Below are positions 13,298-31,449 of a stretch of 64,000 nucleotides of DNA, piece after piece. This stretch comes from Trichoplax adhaerens (Eukaryota > Animalia > Placozoa): NCBI RefSeq assembly GCF_000150275.1, contig NW_002060947.1, positions 7,239,880 through 7,303,879 of the forward strand, in the 5' to 3' direction. Numbering within the stretch: position 1 is the first letter of the stretch; every line of letters starts with the position of its first letter. Below the pieces are notes generated by a model. It was not told where the DNA came from, searched no databases, and saw nothing but the letters and a program-made list of their open reading frames with translations. The translations under genes and the position numbers were made by a program.

Positions 13298-15639
13298 TTA
13301 TAGAACGATCGCAAAGTTATTTCGTGATTTTCCTGTTCTTACATTGGTTTTAGGGAAACTACATTCATAATAGGATCGATCATAACGGTGACTATTAAAC
13401 TTTTGAATTAAACTTGTAGAAAATGAAATACCTGCTACATTTCGGGTTTTCAACTTGTAGTTGAAATACTTTATAGCTTAACTTTCGGCTAGAATGGCTA
13501 AATAAATTGATAAATCCCAAAGATTCGAATATCTGATGTAGCAATTTATCATCTAAATATCTTGAATTGGTCACACACGCTACAGGGACAATAAACTGGA
13601 CCAAAATAATCCGCCAATGTATTAGAACCAAATCATGTTATGTTGTGATATTTATGTTGAAATTACAGATAACAGTTATAATATTGTACTACTATAAAAA
13701 AAATAAATTTGACAGAATAACTAGAATTCAATTTAAAGATCTTACAAAGACATAGCCACCGAGCCTGCACAGTTTACGGCACTTTTTTAACATATTTCCT
13801 AGTAAGATTTCAAATGTTAAACAGGAATGATCATATACCCATCATAATGTTTAATAGTTAGGTACTAACAAGGGACAAACAATCTTTCTAAAATCTCACT
13901 TAAAAGTAATCTGTTGGATACCTCTTTCTGCAGCATTACCAATAAAATTTATAACCAGGCTTAGTATAATCACCTCGAATTTCTTACTTTCCTAAATGTT
14001 ATAACATTGAGTCATGAATGGCTTAGTGATTGTTGTATGAATAGTAGAGGTCAGTACTAAGTTTCTGTAGTAACACTGTAGAGTTAAACGAAGATGTTAC
14101 TCTAATGCTGCAATCAATTACAAAGGTTAGGAAATCTATTAGAAATTTAATTGTTATACTGGCATTAAAAATCACCGTAAATGTTAGGAAATCAGCTTTC
14201 TGAACAGACTGATCACAGGGATTTATGTCAATGGCTGTGCAGTCTATCCAAGACTTTTGATTAACATAATTATCTTGCAAAGCACCAACATCGAGCAGCT
14301 TTAGACGTTCGTCCTGATGATAAATTAATAGTTCATTGTAATCAAACAATGTAGTAGCCAAGAAAAGAAGATGCATGATGCAATGTAAAGTAATCTCATC
14401 GCTAGTTTATATTCACAGCATTGTTATATATTGACCTTTGTAGATGGACGTATTGTTAGTTTATTCATTTGCTTTAGAATCCATTTAGAGGTATTTTGTT
14501 GGCCGTGGTGTTCTTCTCCTAATTTTGAGGCAGTCTGATAGGCCTGAAATCCGCCACACTAATAGTATTAATGGCATAGTAAGGACGAAGTGAGTCAATG
14601 AATATGAGCTGCATCAATGATAAACCAGTAAACAAGGTCCCAAATTTGTTGGTAAATCATTATCAACATATTTAAAAACAATATAATTTGAAATCGTTCA
14701 TCCAATGAATATAGCACCGGCAATAATTGCCTACTGGATACAAAGTAAGGCTAGTCAATATAGCAGCATTAAACCAGTTAAGTAGAACTACCTCAATAAG
14801 CGTTTTCTTCAGATCGCTCAACTTCGTTCTTTGCTCTGCGCTACTGATGCTGGTATCGCTCTTGACTTTATCCATCATTTTCATTAAATTATGAATTTTT
14901 GATATTAACTGGCCATCTTTTCGAATTTGGTAGCTAAGAGAATGGTAAACAATAGAATAGCTTAGCTATTACAACATTATACTGCAAATTTATTAATTTG
15001 TTTTTCTACAAATCAAGAACTGAAACAATCATAACATTGAGATTTTGTAAAGATTCAATTGGCCAATACTCCGTTCTGTACAGTACAGATACTGTACACT
15101 TGTGCAGTGAAGTCATTTTATTGACTTTATTTTTCCAAATTCTCTCACGAGCTAATGAGAAAACTTGAGCATGCTGCAGTCAGGTCCATACAAAGCAGTT
15201 GCATTTACTCTACTGGTAGAGTGAAGTACTACCAAAGCAGTTAGTAAACGAAGGGATAATTTCTGTACAGAAATACCTATATTAATCACTATTTAATCAG
15301 GGACTACTAAAAGGAGAGACATCACCAATTTGCTCTTGAACGGTCGATTTCTGTCTCTCTCTTATAGAGTAATCCCTGATTTAATAATCATGCTGATAGA
15401 CCAAGCGTTGCTGTAAGGCAGTAGACTACTAGCTAGCATATCAACTATGCGAATGGAACCATTGCAGCTGCACAATTCCGCAATGAGGTATCTGCATCAA
15501 CTCCTGCATCACCATATCAGGCCAATAGTACAAGAGCTCAAAAAAAGGTCATAACCAACCTAGATTCGGTAATAGGTCTTGCATTCTTTTTCTTTTTTCT
15601 CTTTTTCCATTTCTTCTTCTTATTATTGGTAGTATCCAT
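13298..15639 (-). CDS. BMT2: Bmt2-family SAM-dependent methyltransferase (fungal-type 25S rRNA adenine-N1 methyltransferase-like)
   Basis: About 8 exons (15639-15560, ~14933-14792, ~14559-14436, ~14313-14176, ~13992-13922, ~13800-13746, ~13595-13432, ~13358-13298). They give a Lys-rich N-terminus MDTTNNKKKKWKKRKKKK, then GGFQAYQTASKLG, LKLLDVGAL (motif I), AIDINP..VQKADFL, FEVIILSLVINFI....RGNML, FIVPVACVTNSRY and the C-terminal GKSRNNFAIVL*. These are hallmark Bmt2 motifs. Confidence 0.85.
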
Positions 15640-15689
15640 GGCTGGTGCTTTCATCCACACCTTCAACCACGAAATCAGGCTGACGTTAT

Positions 15690-15985
15690 TTGGCTCTACA
15701 GTACAGTACTTTGATGTAATCATCGAGTAGTCTTAGTACTGTAGACTGTAGACTGTTGGCCGTACTGCACAGTGTACTGTACAGTACAGCACTTACAATG
15801 CATAGTACCGTATTGTAGAGTGCACTGTACTCTACTGTGCTGTACAGTGTACAGTGTACAGTACAGTCAATGAACTCAGATATACTGTACACTGTACACT
15901 GTACCAGAATGTGTACTGAACACTGGAAAGTAGAGTAGGCCCATAAAAATCGATCTACTGTACTGTCTGTATTGCGTTACTGTGC
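15690..15985. repeat. ACTGT/ACAGT pentamer field immediately upstream of the Bmt2 ATG (divergent promoter region with ARL13)
   Basis: For example CTACAGTACAGTACT, GTGTACTGTACAGTACAG and TGTACAGTGTACAGTGTACAGTACAGT. The field starts ~50 bp from the Bmt2 start codon. Confidence 0.85.
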
Positions 15986-16595
15986 TATATTTTAAGCCAG
16001 TAACGCAAAAGAACATCGATCTGTCAATGCTCCAAAAGCAATACATAAAAATGAAAAGAAATCAGGCAAATAGAATAAAGTGATTACGACAACAGAACTA
16101 AAACAACGGTCCCACAATTACCTACTACAGTTACAGTCTAGTATATTGCAGTAATTGCACCGAGGGTTGCACCAGGGGCTACTCAAAATTCCACTCTAGA
16201 GGCAGAGGTGAAATCTTACGTTTTGGACTGACGGACATCAGTCTGAACAGGCTCTAGTTCTGACAATACTCATCTGCTATTAAAGGTATCTAGAAATTGA
16301 TGACACTGTTCCGAGCGCAGCACTCACTAGAGATCTGCCAGGGATTACTCGAGTAGTCTCTGGATCAGCTGACGATTACTAAATAAAGCTGAAAGATATT
16401 CTTAGTGCATGGAGTAGGAGAATAAGAAGACTTTGACTTTCTATCATAGCAGCCTTCATTAAAGAATGGCGAGATCTTAGTGTACACTGTACAGTATCAA
16501 GTGTACACTATTGTATCAGTATCAACACAGCGAATAAACCAAGACAGAGAAAAGCACCCTGAGTTCGCAATCGAGCTAAATATAAATGGTGATAG

Positions 16596-16609
16596 GTTGC
16601 CATAGCGAC
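16596..16609. promoter_or_regulatory. RFX X-box upstream of the ciliary ARL13 gene
   Basis: GTTGCCATAGCGAC closely matches the X-box consensus GTTGCCATGGCAAC and lies ~350 bp upstream of the ARL13 ATG. RFX control of ciliary genes is established. Confidence 0.7.
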
Positions 16610-16634
16610 CAAGACAATATTGATTGTTCTCAGA

Positions 16635-16844
16635 ATGGATCGGCGAACATGGCTAGAGATGAGCTCGAACAACGTTGATTTTAATATGGATAACTATCGA
16701 GAAGTTGAGGAGGATATAGGTGAGCGTATATTAAAGGCTGATGATCCCATTTATATTGATAGAGAATCACTATCATCAGTCATTATACTTGCAGTCAGTA
16801 AAGCAAAACGTGAAGGGCAAAATCTTCCAACTCTGATAAGATAA
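16635..16844 (+). CDS. Small ORF (69 aa) between the X-box and ARL13: candidate uORF or microprotein
   Basis: MDRRTWLEMSSNNVDFNMDNYREVEEDIGERILKADDPIYIDRESLSSVIILAVSKAKREGQNLPTLIR*. Its charged, protein-like composition differs from the spurious AT-rich ORFs in this window. No homology recognised. Confidence 0.35.
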   Translation: MDRRTWLEMSSNNVDFNMDNYREVEEDIGERILKADDPIYIDRESLSSVIILAVSKAKREGQNLPTLIR

Positions 16845-16961
16845 TATTATTATAGAATATCATCATCAAGCTGGTTGGCTAATTATCGAATAAAGTAATC
16901 CTGATAGTAGTCTACTTGAGAGGTAAACACCGCAATCGCTAAACCTATGCCAAAGACAGCG

Positions 16962-19900
16962 ATGACAGAAATTTTTACAAGTTGTTTGCCGTGCCTTGGT
17001 AGGAGTAATGGATCCAATAAGAAAAGGTAAGGCGCAATAGATGATCGCTATTTAAAATCATCGAAGGAATGGAACAATACTGCCGTTGACAAACTGACGC
17101 TATACTTTTACCATCATATCATACTAAATTAAGCCTACATGATCATATCCACTTGATGAGTATAGCAGCATCCAAATAAATAAATTATCCGAGTGAATAG
17201 ATGATACTTCTTTCACAAATGGTTATCTTATAAATTGGACAATATCCTCTTTGGATAATATATTCATTACTGCAGTGATACTCTTTCAAAGCTAATGTTA
17301 CGATTAATATTGCCATCATTTCTAGTGAAATCACTCTGCTAACGGTAGGACTAGATGGTGCTGGTAAATCAACTATTCTACGATGCTTGCAAGGAGGTAT
17401 GTGTGTGATCGTATATTTTTGGCAAATTCAAATATACATAAAAGGCGTACACTTTTACATGTCTACTTGATTTCAATAATGTAAAATTATCTATTCTACT
17501 TTAGTAATAAGATATTTAATTCTGTACCCAGTTTTAAATTGATTTGAAATTGAATCGGAAAAGAGGCTATATCAAAATTACTTTTTTTGAAGCACGTATC
17601 TATTTATCATGTCATTGCTATCAACATAATTGCGTAGTGCATCGATGTCGAGGTGGAATATGCGATAGTGCTGTAGTAAATAGCACGAGAAAGTATGTCT
17701 TAAATTAGATTATTTTTATGTATACATCCCTGGCTATTAATTAAGATAGAGTAACAATACGTTATGAGACGGTATGCGACATCGATGATTGGTAATAAGA
17801 AGATGAAAGGAATACAGCTATATCATAAGTATATAAAAACTGTCTTTCCCACGATCGCATTGTTGAGCAGTAAAATTAGATGAAACTACAATGTTTCCAT
17901 TAACACTATAAATCGTTGATTTGGATTTAGACATTTTGCTATCAAGAAGAGCGTGATAGCTTTCATCTGATATAAATGAAAGTCATGCGAAATAAACTCC
18001 CATAGACTAGTGTCCTGTTATACATATTTTTAGAATGTCAGCATAGAAACAATTTAATTTCGATCGTATCATTACAAATAGACCTGTAATCTCTATTCTC
18101 AAGCAGTAGATTTTTCGTGACTGCCGCATGATATTTATCAGTTAATAAACAGAAATTGTTATTATTTAGCACATCATCTTATTTTTTTATGTTTAAAATT
18201 ATTCTTTAGAAAGCATTGAAGGAGTTTCTACCACAGTAGGATTTAATAACTTTTCACTGCAATTGTATGGACGTAAAATTATAACTTATGACGTCGGCGG
18301 TGGGCCGAGAATTCGTGGTATCTGGAAGAATTACTATCATGATGTAAGTAAATCAATTTATTTTCAGAACTTTATTGGCTAGTAAAGCAGTAATTGATAA
18401 AAAGCTTAAAAAAAGCATATATTTACTGTAGAATTAATCTATATTTATTACTAGAGAAAAAAATCTGAAGGTAAATACGTACTAGCGACTCAATTTTTTT
18501 GTCATTTACGACCAAAACGTTTATATAATGCTATTAATACAGTACAATCGACTGTAATATATTGTTATAGAGATAAATAGCGTTTTTATTTCTTATAATT
18601 ATATATTCTAGGTTCATGGTATCATTTATGTAGTCGATGCAAGTGATCATAACAAATTAGAAGAAAATCTAGAAGTACTAGAAGAAGTTGTCAAACATGA
18701 TAAATCAAAAGGAAAACCCATCTTGGTGTTAGCTAATAAACAAGATATACCCAATGCTATAGACAAGGAAAGATTAGTCAAACAGCTACAACTTCATTCG
18801 TTACTAACAAATAACCAAAATCCATATCGAGTGGTGAGTCAAAATCTCCTCGCATTTCTAGCTTTATATCGATGCTCTTTACAAAATTGTGTGCAGTTTT
18901 TGTAATGAATTCATTAATGGCAAACTTTAAACTAGAATTTTCCGAAATTGCAACTTAATAAAGATTACCGTAATGTTTTTGTTGTATGAAGATTGATTTC
19001 CGTTGCTCTTGCAGGGCTATAGAAATAATTACGTTTTTCATATCCATATTATGATTTTACCGCTATTGTACCGTAGGCAGTCATCGCATTCTAAATCTTT
19101 TATTGTAAATATCTATTGCAATAATATCCAATAGCAAAATTTACTGTTTTAATATGAAGAAGTGTGTTCCGGTTATTGATGTCAGACTTGAAAGAGTGTA
19201 TAGATTGTCGGTTTATTGTCAAATTAATATAGAGTCTAACATATTCTAATCGTCTATAGATGAGTTGATCATCAAACTCTGCTATACATTACTATACTGC
19301 AAACCAGATGGAGTAGAAGTAGCCTAGAGAATAAATGATATACATGATACAATAGCTTTCATATTGTAGCAAGTTTTTACGTAATGCATATATTAACACT
19401 TAGTCTTTGCGATATTATTATAATTTCGCTTATTTATATTCAAGATCGCACTTGCTGTAAAATTGATTTTTGGAAATTTAGTCTACACCTTATTAATAAG
19501 TATTTAGAAAAATTCAATTGAAACAACTCCTTTCGCCATGTTAGTATGTGGCATCAGTGAAATGTTAAAAAATACGCTGATAGTTTACTCATTCGGTCTA
19601 AATTCACGTACTTTCCTCTATCCCTTTTCCAAAACAAATTTCTAGGAAGGATGTATAGCTCATAAGGGAACTGGATCTAAGACGGATAAATCTATTAAAA
19701 TAGGTAAGTACTATTACAGCCAACATCATTTACTACTAATATCCTATAAGGAAGAAAAGGGAAAGTTACAGTAGTGGACAAAAGAGACTGATAGTGCAGC
19801 TGTTATCTGCCAATTAATTTAATAATCTATGGTATTAGTTGAGGATAAATTAAAAGTCTATAACGTACTGTGAGTACGCTTGCTCTGTCTTTAAATGCTG

Positions 19901-22491
19901 TTTTTCATACTATTTTCTATCCATGAATTTCTTATAGGATTTAAATGGTTAATTGATACCATCGGTAAGAGTGATGCCTTAATGAAAAGAGTAGCAAAAG
20001 ATATTGCTAATCAAGTAAGTAAAGAATGACTTTAACAAAATTTGATCTAATCTTTAAAATTTAAGACGTTTTAGTACTATATCAAAATTTGGACTATTCA
20101 TTATGATATATAGTTTTAATTTGCTTCCAATTTTTTTGCTTGAAAGCTTTTTCTCAATTGACAAATATCCTACACTGGGATTGAAATACGTACCCTAATT
20201 ACAATATCCTAATTATAGTACTAGATCTACATAATTTATAATCCTTCACAAAACATCCTCAAAAGCTTACCTTGTGATAAAAAGCGTATTTGAATTAATA
20301 GATTAGGTTGTTCTCAATCAATTAGTACGACATTCCGTTTATAATTTCCTTGGGAATTATTAGTAACCATTACCATTTACATTATTTCCGCTGGAGTAAA
20401 TTGCCGTACTTTCTATATAAAGATTTTTAGTAGATTTACTAACTCTGAAAAAAGCACATACCAATCTTTCTTTCGTAGCCACTGTTTGAACTTTAATCAT
20501 GATTCTACTGTAGCAGCAGTGAAAAGACTAATTATTCCAGCGTTGTTAGAGTATTCTTTATTATGTCAGTTTGAAATTTAGATTTGGTTCAGAGATAGTT
20601 ACTATATAGCTACCGTCATAACTACATATACATCAATGTTGATAAGATAGCGGCAAACATGCAATTACCCGTAATCGTAGAGGATATATGTCAAACTTTT
20701 GTCCTAGGTTAAAGTTTGTGCCTTGTTACAAGAGCACTAGTAACATACGACTTGGGCCACTTATTTCTAGCCCATTCGACAAAAGCTTAGCCAATTAAAT
20801 TTTAAACATGTCGGTAAAACACTTGATAAATATAACAGCTTATGCAATGTTATTTACGTAATTGCTATTAGAAAGAGATTGATGATCGAGAAAATAAGGA
20901 AAGACGAGCTAGAGCAAGAGCACGCCGAGAAAAAGAGTAAGTTTTTATCTAGTGTTGTACTATATTTATGGAAATGGGGTTCAAGAATAAATCTTAGCAA
21001 TATACAATATATATATATATATAATACTATATTATAGCTTACATTGCACTTTAATACTAAATACTATGTTATGATTGTATTTTCTCTAATAGGGAACGTG
21101 AGAGTCAAAATCGCGATCAAGTTGATGTAACACAATCTGGCGATCCATTTAAGCGCGTTGTGGTCACAGGAGTGAGTTGATTAATAATTATAATAGGACA
21201 TTTCATTTCCAGAAAACCTTCATTTTTTGCGTTCTTTTTGCAATTATTGAGGACAGATGAATGACTTTAAATTATTTATTGCTATCAGAACGAAATGTAT
21301 ATCGGCGATGATAAAATTGAAGGTAAAAAAGGGAAAAAGAGTAAGAAAAGCAATAGAGTGTCTGCAGATCCGGAATCACCATCGAATAATCGTCACATTA
21401 ATAGCCACAGGTTTAGAAATAACAGCGACGACGACGATGATGAAGATGATGATCTTGTTATAACGGGAAACAGTAGTAAAAATATCCGTAATAATAATAT
21501 TAACGTACAGCCACCAAGGGGAGCAACAAACAGAAAGGAAAAAGCAGACTATTCCGATAGTGATTCAGATGATGATACCATAGCAGTTGGAAAGGTACAT
21601 CAACAATATAATTTAACTCATATTGTAGTTGTATTCACATTTTCTGAACTATATTAGCAGCTAATTAAGCAAATGTGTATTTTATTAATGTTAAATAATT
21701 ACAATTGCTAACGATTATATATGCTTTTCGAAATAAAAATTGATAGAGCTATCATACACGTCAAGAAGTGACAACAAAGAAGGCTAAAAGTAGCATCCGT
21801 CGATCATATGGTGGAAGTGAAAGTAGCGATGAAGAAGTTGATAGCGATGTCCATATTAATAATAATAGATCATATAAAAAAATAGAAGAAAGGAAAGTAG
21901 ATAGAGAAAGACTAACGGGAGACAGACTGAATAAATTAACACGATCTGATGAAATTGATGAAGATGATGATGACGACGATATTGTTACTACAAGGAAACA
22001 TATTTCTTCTAAACATCGACATGATAATAATGATGGTATTGCACGTGATAATCAAGTAAATATTAAAAAGAATGGTAAAAATCGCAACAAGCAAAAAAAG
22101 AAAGGAAAAGGAAATAAAATTGCGCCTATTGGTTCTGACTTGTATCAAGACGAGACTCACAGTATGTTATCCGAAGGTAATCCATGGAATAAGTCCGTCG
22201 ATTCAGCTCTCAGCGATTCTAGGCCAAGAAGGCTGAAACCTTTAGATTTATCTGGTGGTAATAAATCAAGAGCATTTCGTGGTCAGCCAACAAATACAAA
22301 CACATCTGTTGGAGATGAGGTAAAATAGTAGTTACCGCACTATTATAATTGGTCAAGCAAATATCCATTTGCTCGAGTAGTCTATTTAAGGGGTATTGAT
22401 ATTAATCAAGTATACTTTTCATTTATAGATGGATCTTACATCGAATTGGAGAACTAAGCCTAATGCAGAAGAAGATGATATTGTTATGTAA
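16962..22491 (+). CDS. ARL13B: ADP-ribosylation factor-like protein 13B-like ciliary GTPase
   Basis: Exons ~16962-17026 (MTEIFTSCLPCLG, candidate palmitoylation Cys), 17326-17396 (GLDGAGKST), 18210-18343 (YDVGGGPRIRGIWKNYY, with the ARL13-specific Gly replacing the catalytic Gln), 18612-18833 (LANKQD), ~19646-19703, ~19938-20015, ~20870-20937 (coiled coil), ~21093-21171, ~21288-21594, ~21746-22320 and 22429-22491 (KPNAEEDDIVM*). An alternative in-frame ATG is at 16947. Confidence 0.93.
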
Positions 22492-24640
22492 TGCAAGACG
22501 TACTATCATACCTAGATGAAATGCTTGTATTTCTAACATGCACATAAGAATCAATATTATATAAAAAAGAAACAGTCGATATTAATCTCATAATATCGAA
22601 AATTTTTTAATAAGAATTTATTATACGAATATCATGCCACCTTTAAATATTTTGATCATCATGTATATTTCATTATTCCGCTGACTTTTTTAAACATTTC
22701 CTGAGTAGTATAGACAGATCTGATGAACAAGGATTACCATTGTCTTAACTATAATTCAATTTTATTTATAACGTTATTTAATAAGTACTCAGGCTCATGT
22801 TTTAATTATGGACTAAAGTTCACTCTTTATGAGTTAGAATTAGTTAGCTAATAATATAGCAATGAAAAAGCCGTATTCGTTTCAACTTTTTTTATTTTAT
22901 ACTTTCTTTTGAATGTGGTGCAAATGCAATGGATATAAAAGATGTTGAACTGATCAACAACATTTTTTCGTGAAGATAAAGTTATACATTATCTTAATTA
23001 CTTATCTTGATCATACCTTCTATTGCTCATACACTAGTTGCAATTGCTAAAACCGACAGTGCCATAATGAATGATCAAACAAATATCAATGTTCAGTTAG
23101 TAACAAAATTCAGACAAGATTATCCATTCAAATATTATTTGAAGAAATAATCACTATGATAACTTATAATCAGATTTTCTTTTATTATCCATGTGTTGTG
23201 GGATATGCTACATGTAGCCAGCAATTTGTAAACTCCCACTATTATTTTGACGACACTTGCGCATGTATTATACTGCACGAAAAATTTTAAAATTTATAAA
23301 CTTTTAATACTGGATTATTATTTCATCGCTAAAAGTTATGCCTATGTATTATACTTGTACGTTCCTAACTGTATATAAGATCTTTTCAAAGGATGTATTT
23401 GTACAGGGTTTTCTATAGTAATATGCAAACTGTCTGTCGATATTACCAAAGTTAGTGTCAACCAATTCAGTGCGATATATTGCACGTACAAGAACGCTCT
23501 GATGTGAAAATAAAATATATAAAATTATCGTCATACGCGTATGATCATTGATAGTGCTTGACGTGAATCTGCTTTAATCATTACGAATAAGCATCATTGC
23601 TTACGTGTCATTTAAAATTTACGGACTCTTCAGTGCATGTTGAAAGAAAAGGCGAAAATTTTTTGGAAAGTTGCTCTTTATTCCAAAAGTTATTTAGCGA
23701 CATTACATCTATTCCGTTTATGACAGTAAAATAACTGTCAAAAGTGATTATACTACACCAAGATACGTCACTTCCAGCACATTGAATGAAATCATGATGA
23801 AATGAACTTAAAATAATTATGTTCGTTCGAGGTGTAAACTCGTATATATATATATTTAGCGATGATTACCAAAAATTAAGATGATACTGTTCATATCATA
23901 TTTAAATTATACAATTGTGAATTCAGTAAATCAGTTCGGTACCTAATGAAATACTTCCATCATATGACAATGATAAAACTAAAACTGCAGTTGTAACGGA
24001 CATTACCTATCAGCGTATGTATAAATTATATAATTTATTCCATCATCACGTTATCGCTTTGTTGCTTTCGTTCAGGACTAATGACAATTAAAATGCTAAA
24101 AACGAATTGGGATGTACAATTTGAAAGAATTCGACATACTTTAATAGTTATGTTTAGTAAAAACTATCAGCAAATAATAATAATATATTTATTTAGCACG
24201 CATTTTAATCCCACACGCTCTATTAGTAACAAATATTATTTAAAGATAATTGATGCCAATCCATTTGTCGATTATGGGCACTGGCTAATAAAACATGGAA
24301 CTCATTATAAATATCCAAAAGGAATCGTAGTTGCTTTATCTCTCATGTTATTCTTTGTTGATGTTTGCAGAATAACAACTACGTTTGAAATCCACGTAAT
24401 AAGCCGTATGAATAACATAATAAAAGCGAATGATTACCAAGACTAATTCGAGTCATATTATACAAATTCTACTATGCGAGATTAAAACTTGCGCAAATTC
24501 TAGAAAATAGTCTAAAATACTGTATTACGTGCATATTTCGGTTTAAATCTTAGCTCAAGGTCAATGCCAATGATGCATTTTTTTCAAATACATGATTGGC
24601 AGTTTCTACCAATCGTTTAAAACCTACACATAAAGTGGAT

Positions 24641-30174
<5,534 letters not shown>

Positions 30175-30924
30175 GTTGAATCGTTGAAGTCGATTCTATA
30201 ACAAGGTGATGATGATGGATTATTTACTTTGTTGAAAATATTCAAGTAGACTATTGTCACAAGGCTACTATGCATCATGTTGTACAAGGTGTTATTTGAC
30301 TTTGGAGTGTAGAAATGAACATTTCAAGATGAGACTAGATCTACCAGTAGAGAGAAATAGTTTAAATCACATTTTATTGATAGGACTAGGTGAGAAATTG
30401 GATAGGTAGTCTCATGGTTCTCATCCATGGTAGCTAGAAAGTGCCATACTCTATTGCCATCCAAATGGACATCATCTGGCACGCATTTCCAATTTTTTTT
30501 TTGGGGGGGGGGATCTCGTTTGTATATGGTGTTATCCATATTGTATATCGGTCTATACAGTCTATACAGGCTTGGATTTGAATGGATGCCTACCATGGTT
30601 GTTGTAGATACTGTATAGAGCAAGGCTGTCGATTGTACTTTTGCTTACACCATGGACGAGAAAGTACATTATCCAAGCGAGACTATTCCTTAGATTGGCA
30701 ATCCACAACGCTATCCTATTTGACTAGCTGGATTTTACACTGATATCAACTCCACTCTCCTTACCGTATCAATGGCTAGTCCAAGATTGAGTAATAACGC
30801 GCCAAGAGTGTCCAAAGTCAAATGCTCCACTGTGAGGGTCTACTTACCAATACAATTGTCTGCCTGTATTGGAAATTAAAGCACAACTGGTCTCAAAATC
30901 AAAGGCATGACATCGATGCAGGCC

Positions 30925-31037
30925 TCAATCAATTCCCTTTTGGTCATCAATCAATTTCCTTTTGGCCATCAATCAATTCCCTTTTAGGCATCTATCAATT
31001 CCCTTTTGGGCATCTAATCAATTACCTTTTGGTTCAA
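30925..31037. repeat. Tandem ~22-bp minisatellite (~5 copies, TCAATCAATTCCCTTTTGGNCA)
   Basis: The degenerate copies are directly visible. The array lies in the probable 5'UTR/intron region of the Scm-like gene. Confidence 0.9.
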
Positions 31038-31449
31038 TGCGATTTCACTGTCTACCAGTGAAATTGGAAACTCATTGGTGATTGCATTTTCAATGGCGAT
31101 GCAGCTGTGTCGAGCGTTGTGATGGAGGACGTCGTTGGTGATTGACGCTAGTGGTTGATTGAAGCGTAGGCAAGAGTGATGTTTCAAAGGATGACGAGTG
31201 GCATCAACACCACGGTAGGGGACGATTGCCGACAACCCGGTCAAAGTACTGTATTCTATGGGCTGGAGTGGAGGACGCTCGCTTGCGACTGAAGCAACTT
31301 TGGCGTCAAAGCGCGCGGACGTACTCTACAGTAAAACGAGTGCAGTTGCAGGCTTGACCGACTGCCAGTGGCCACGGACGTTTTGAGCAACCGTGTGGAT
31401 AGACAGAGGATATCCGAGACAATCGCACAACAATGATAACTGCAGTTAT

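Noticed and set aside
13392-13431. Ultra-short 40-nt intron in Bmt2
   Set aside because: An in-frame alternative acceptor gives a more typical 73-nt intron, and the two cannot be distinguished without cDNA.
30493-30512. T10-G10 homopolymer junction
   Set aside because: Simple low-complexity sequence with no supporting structure.
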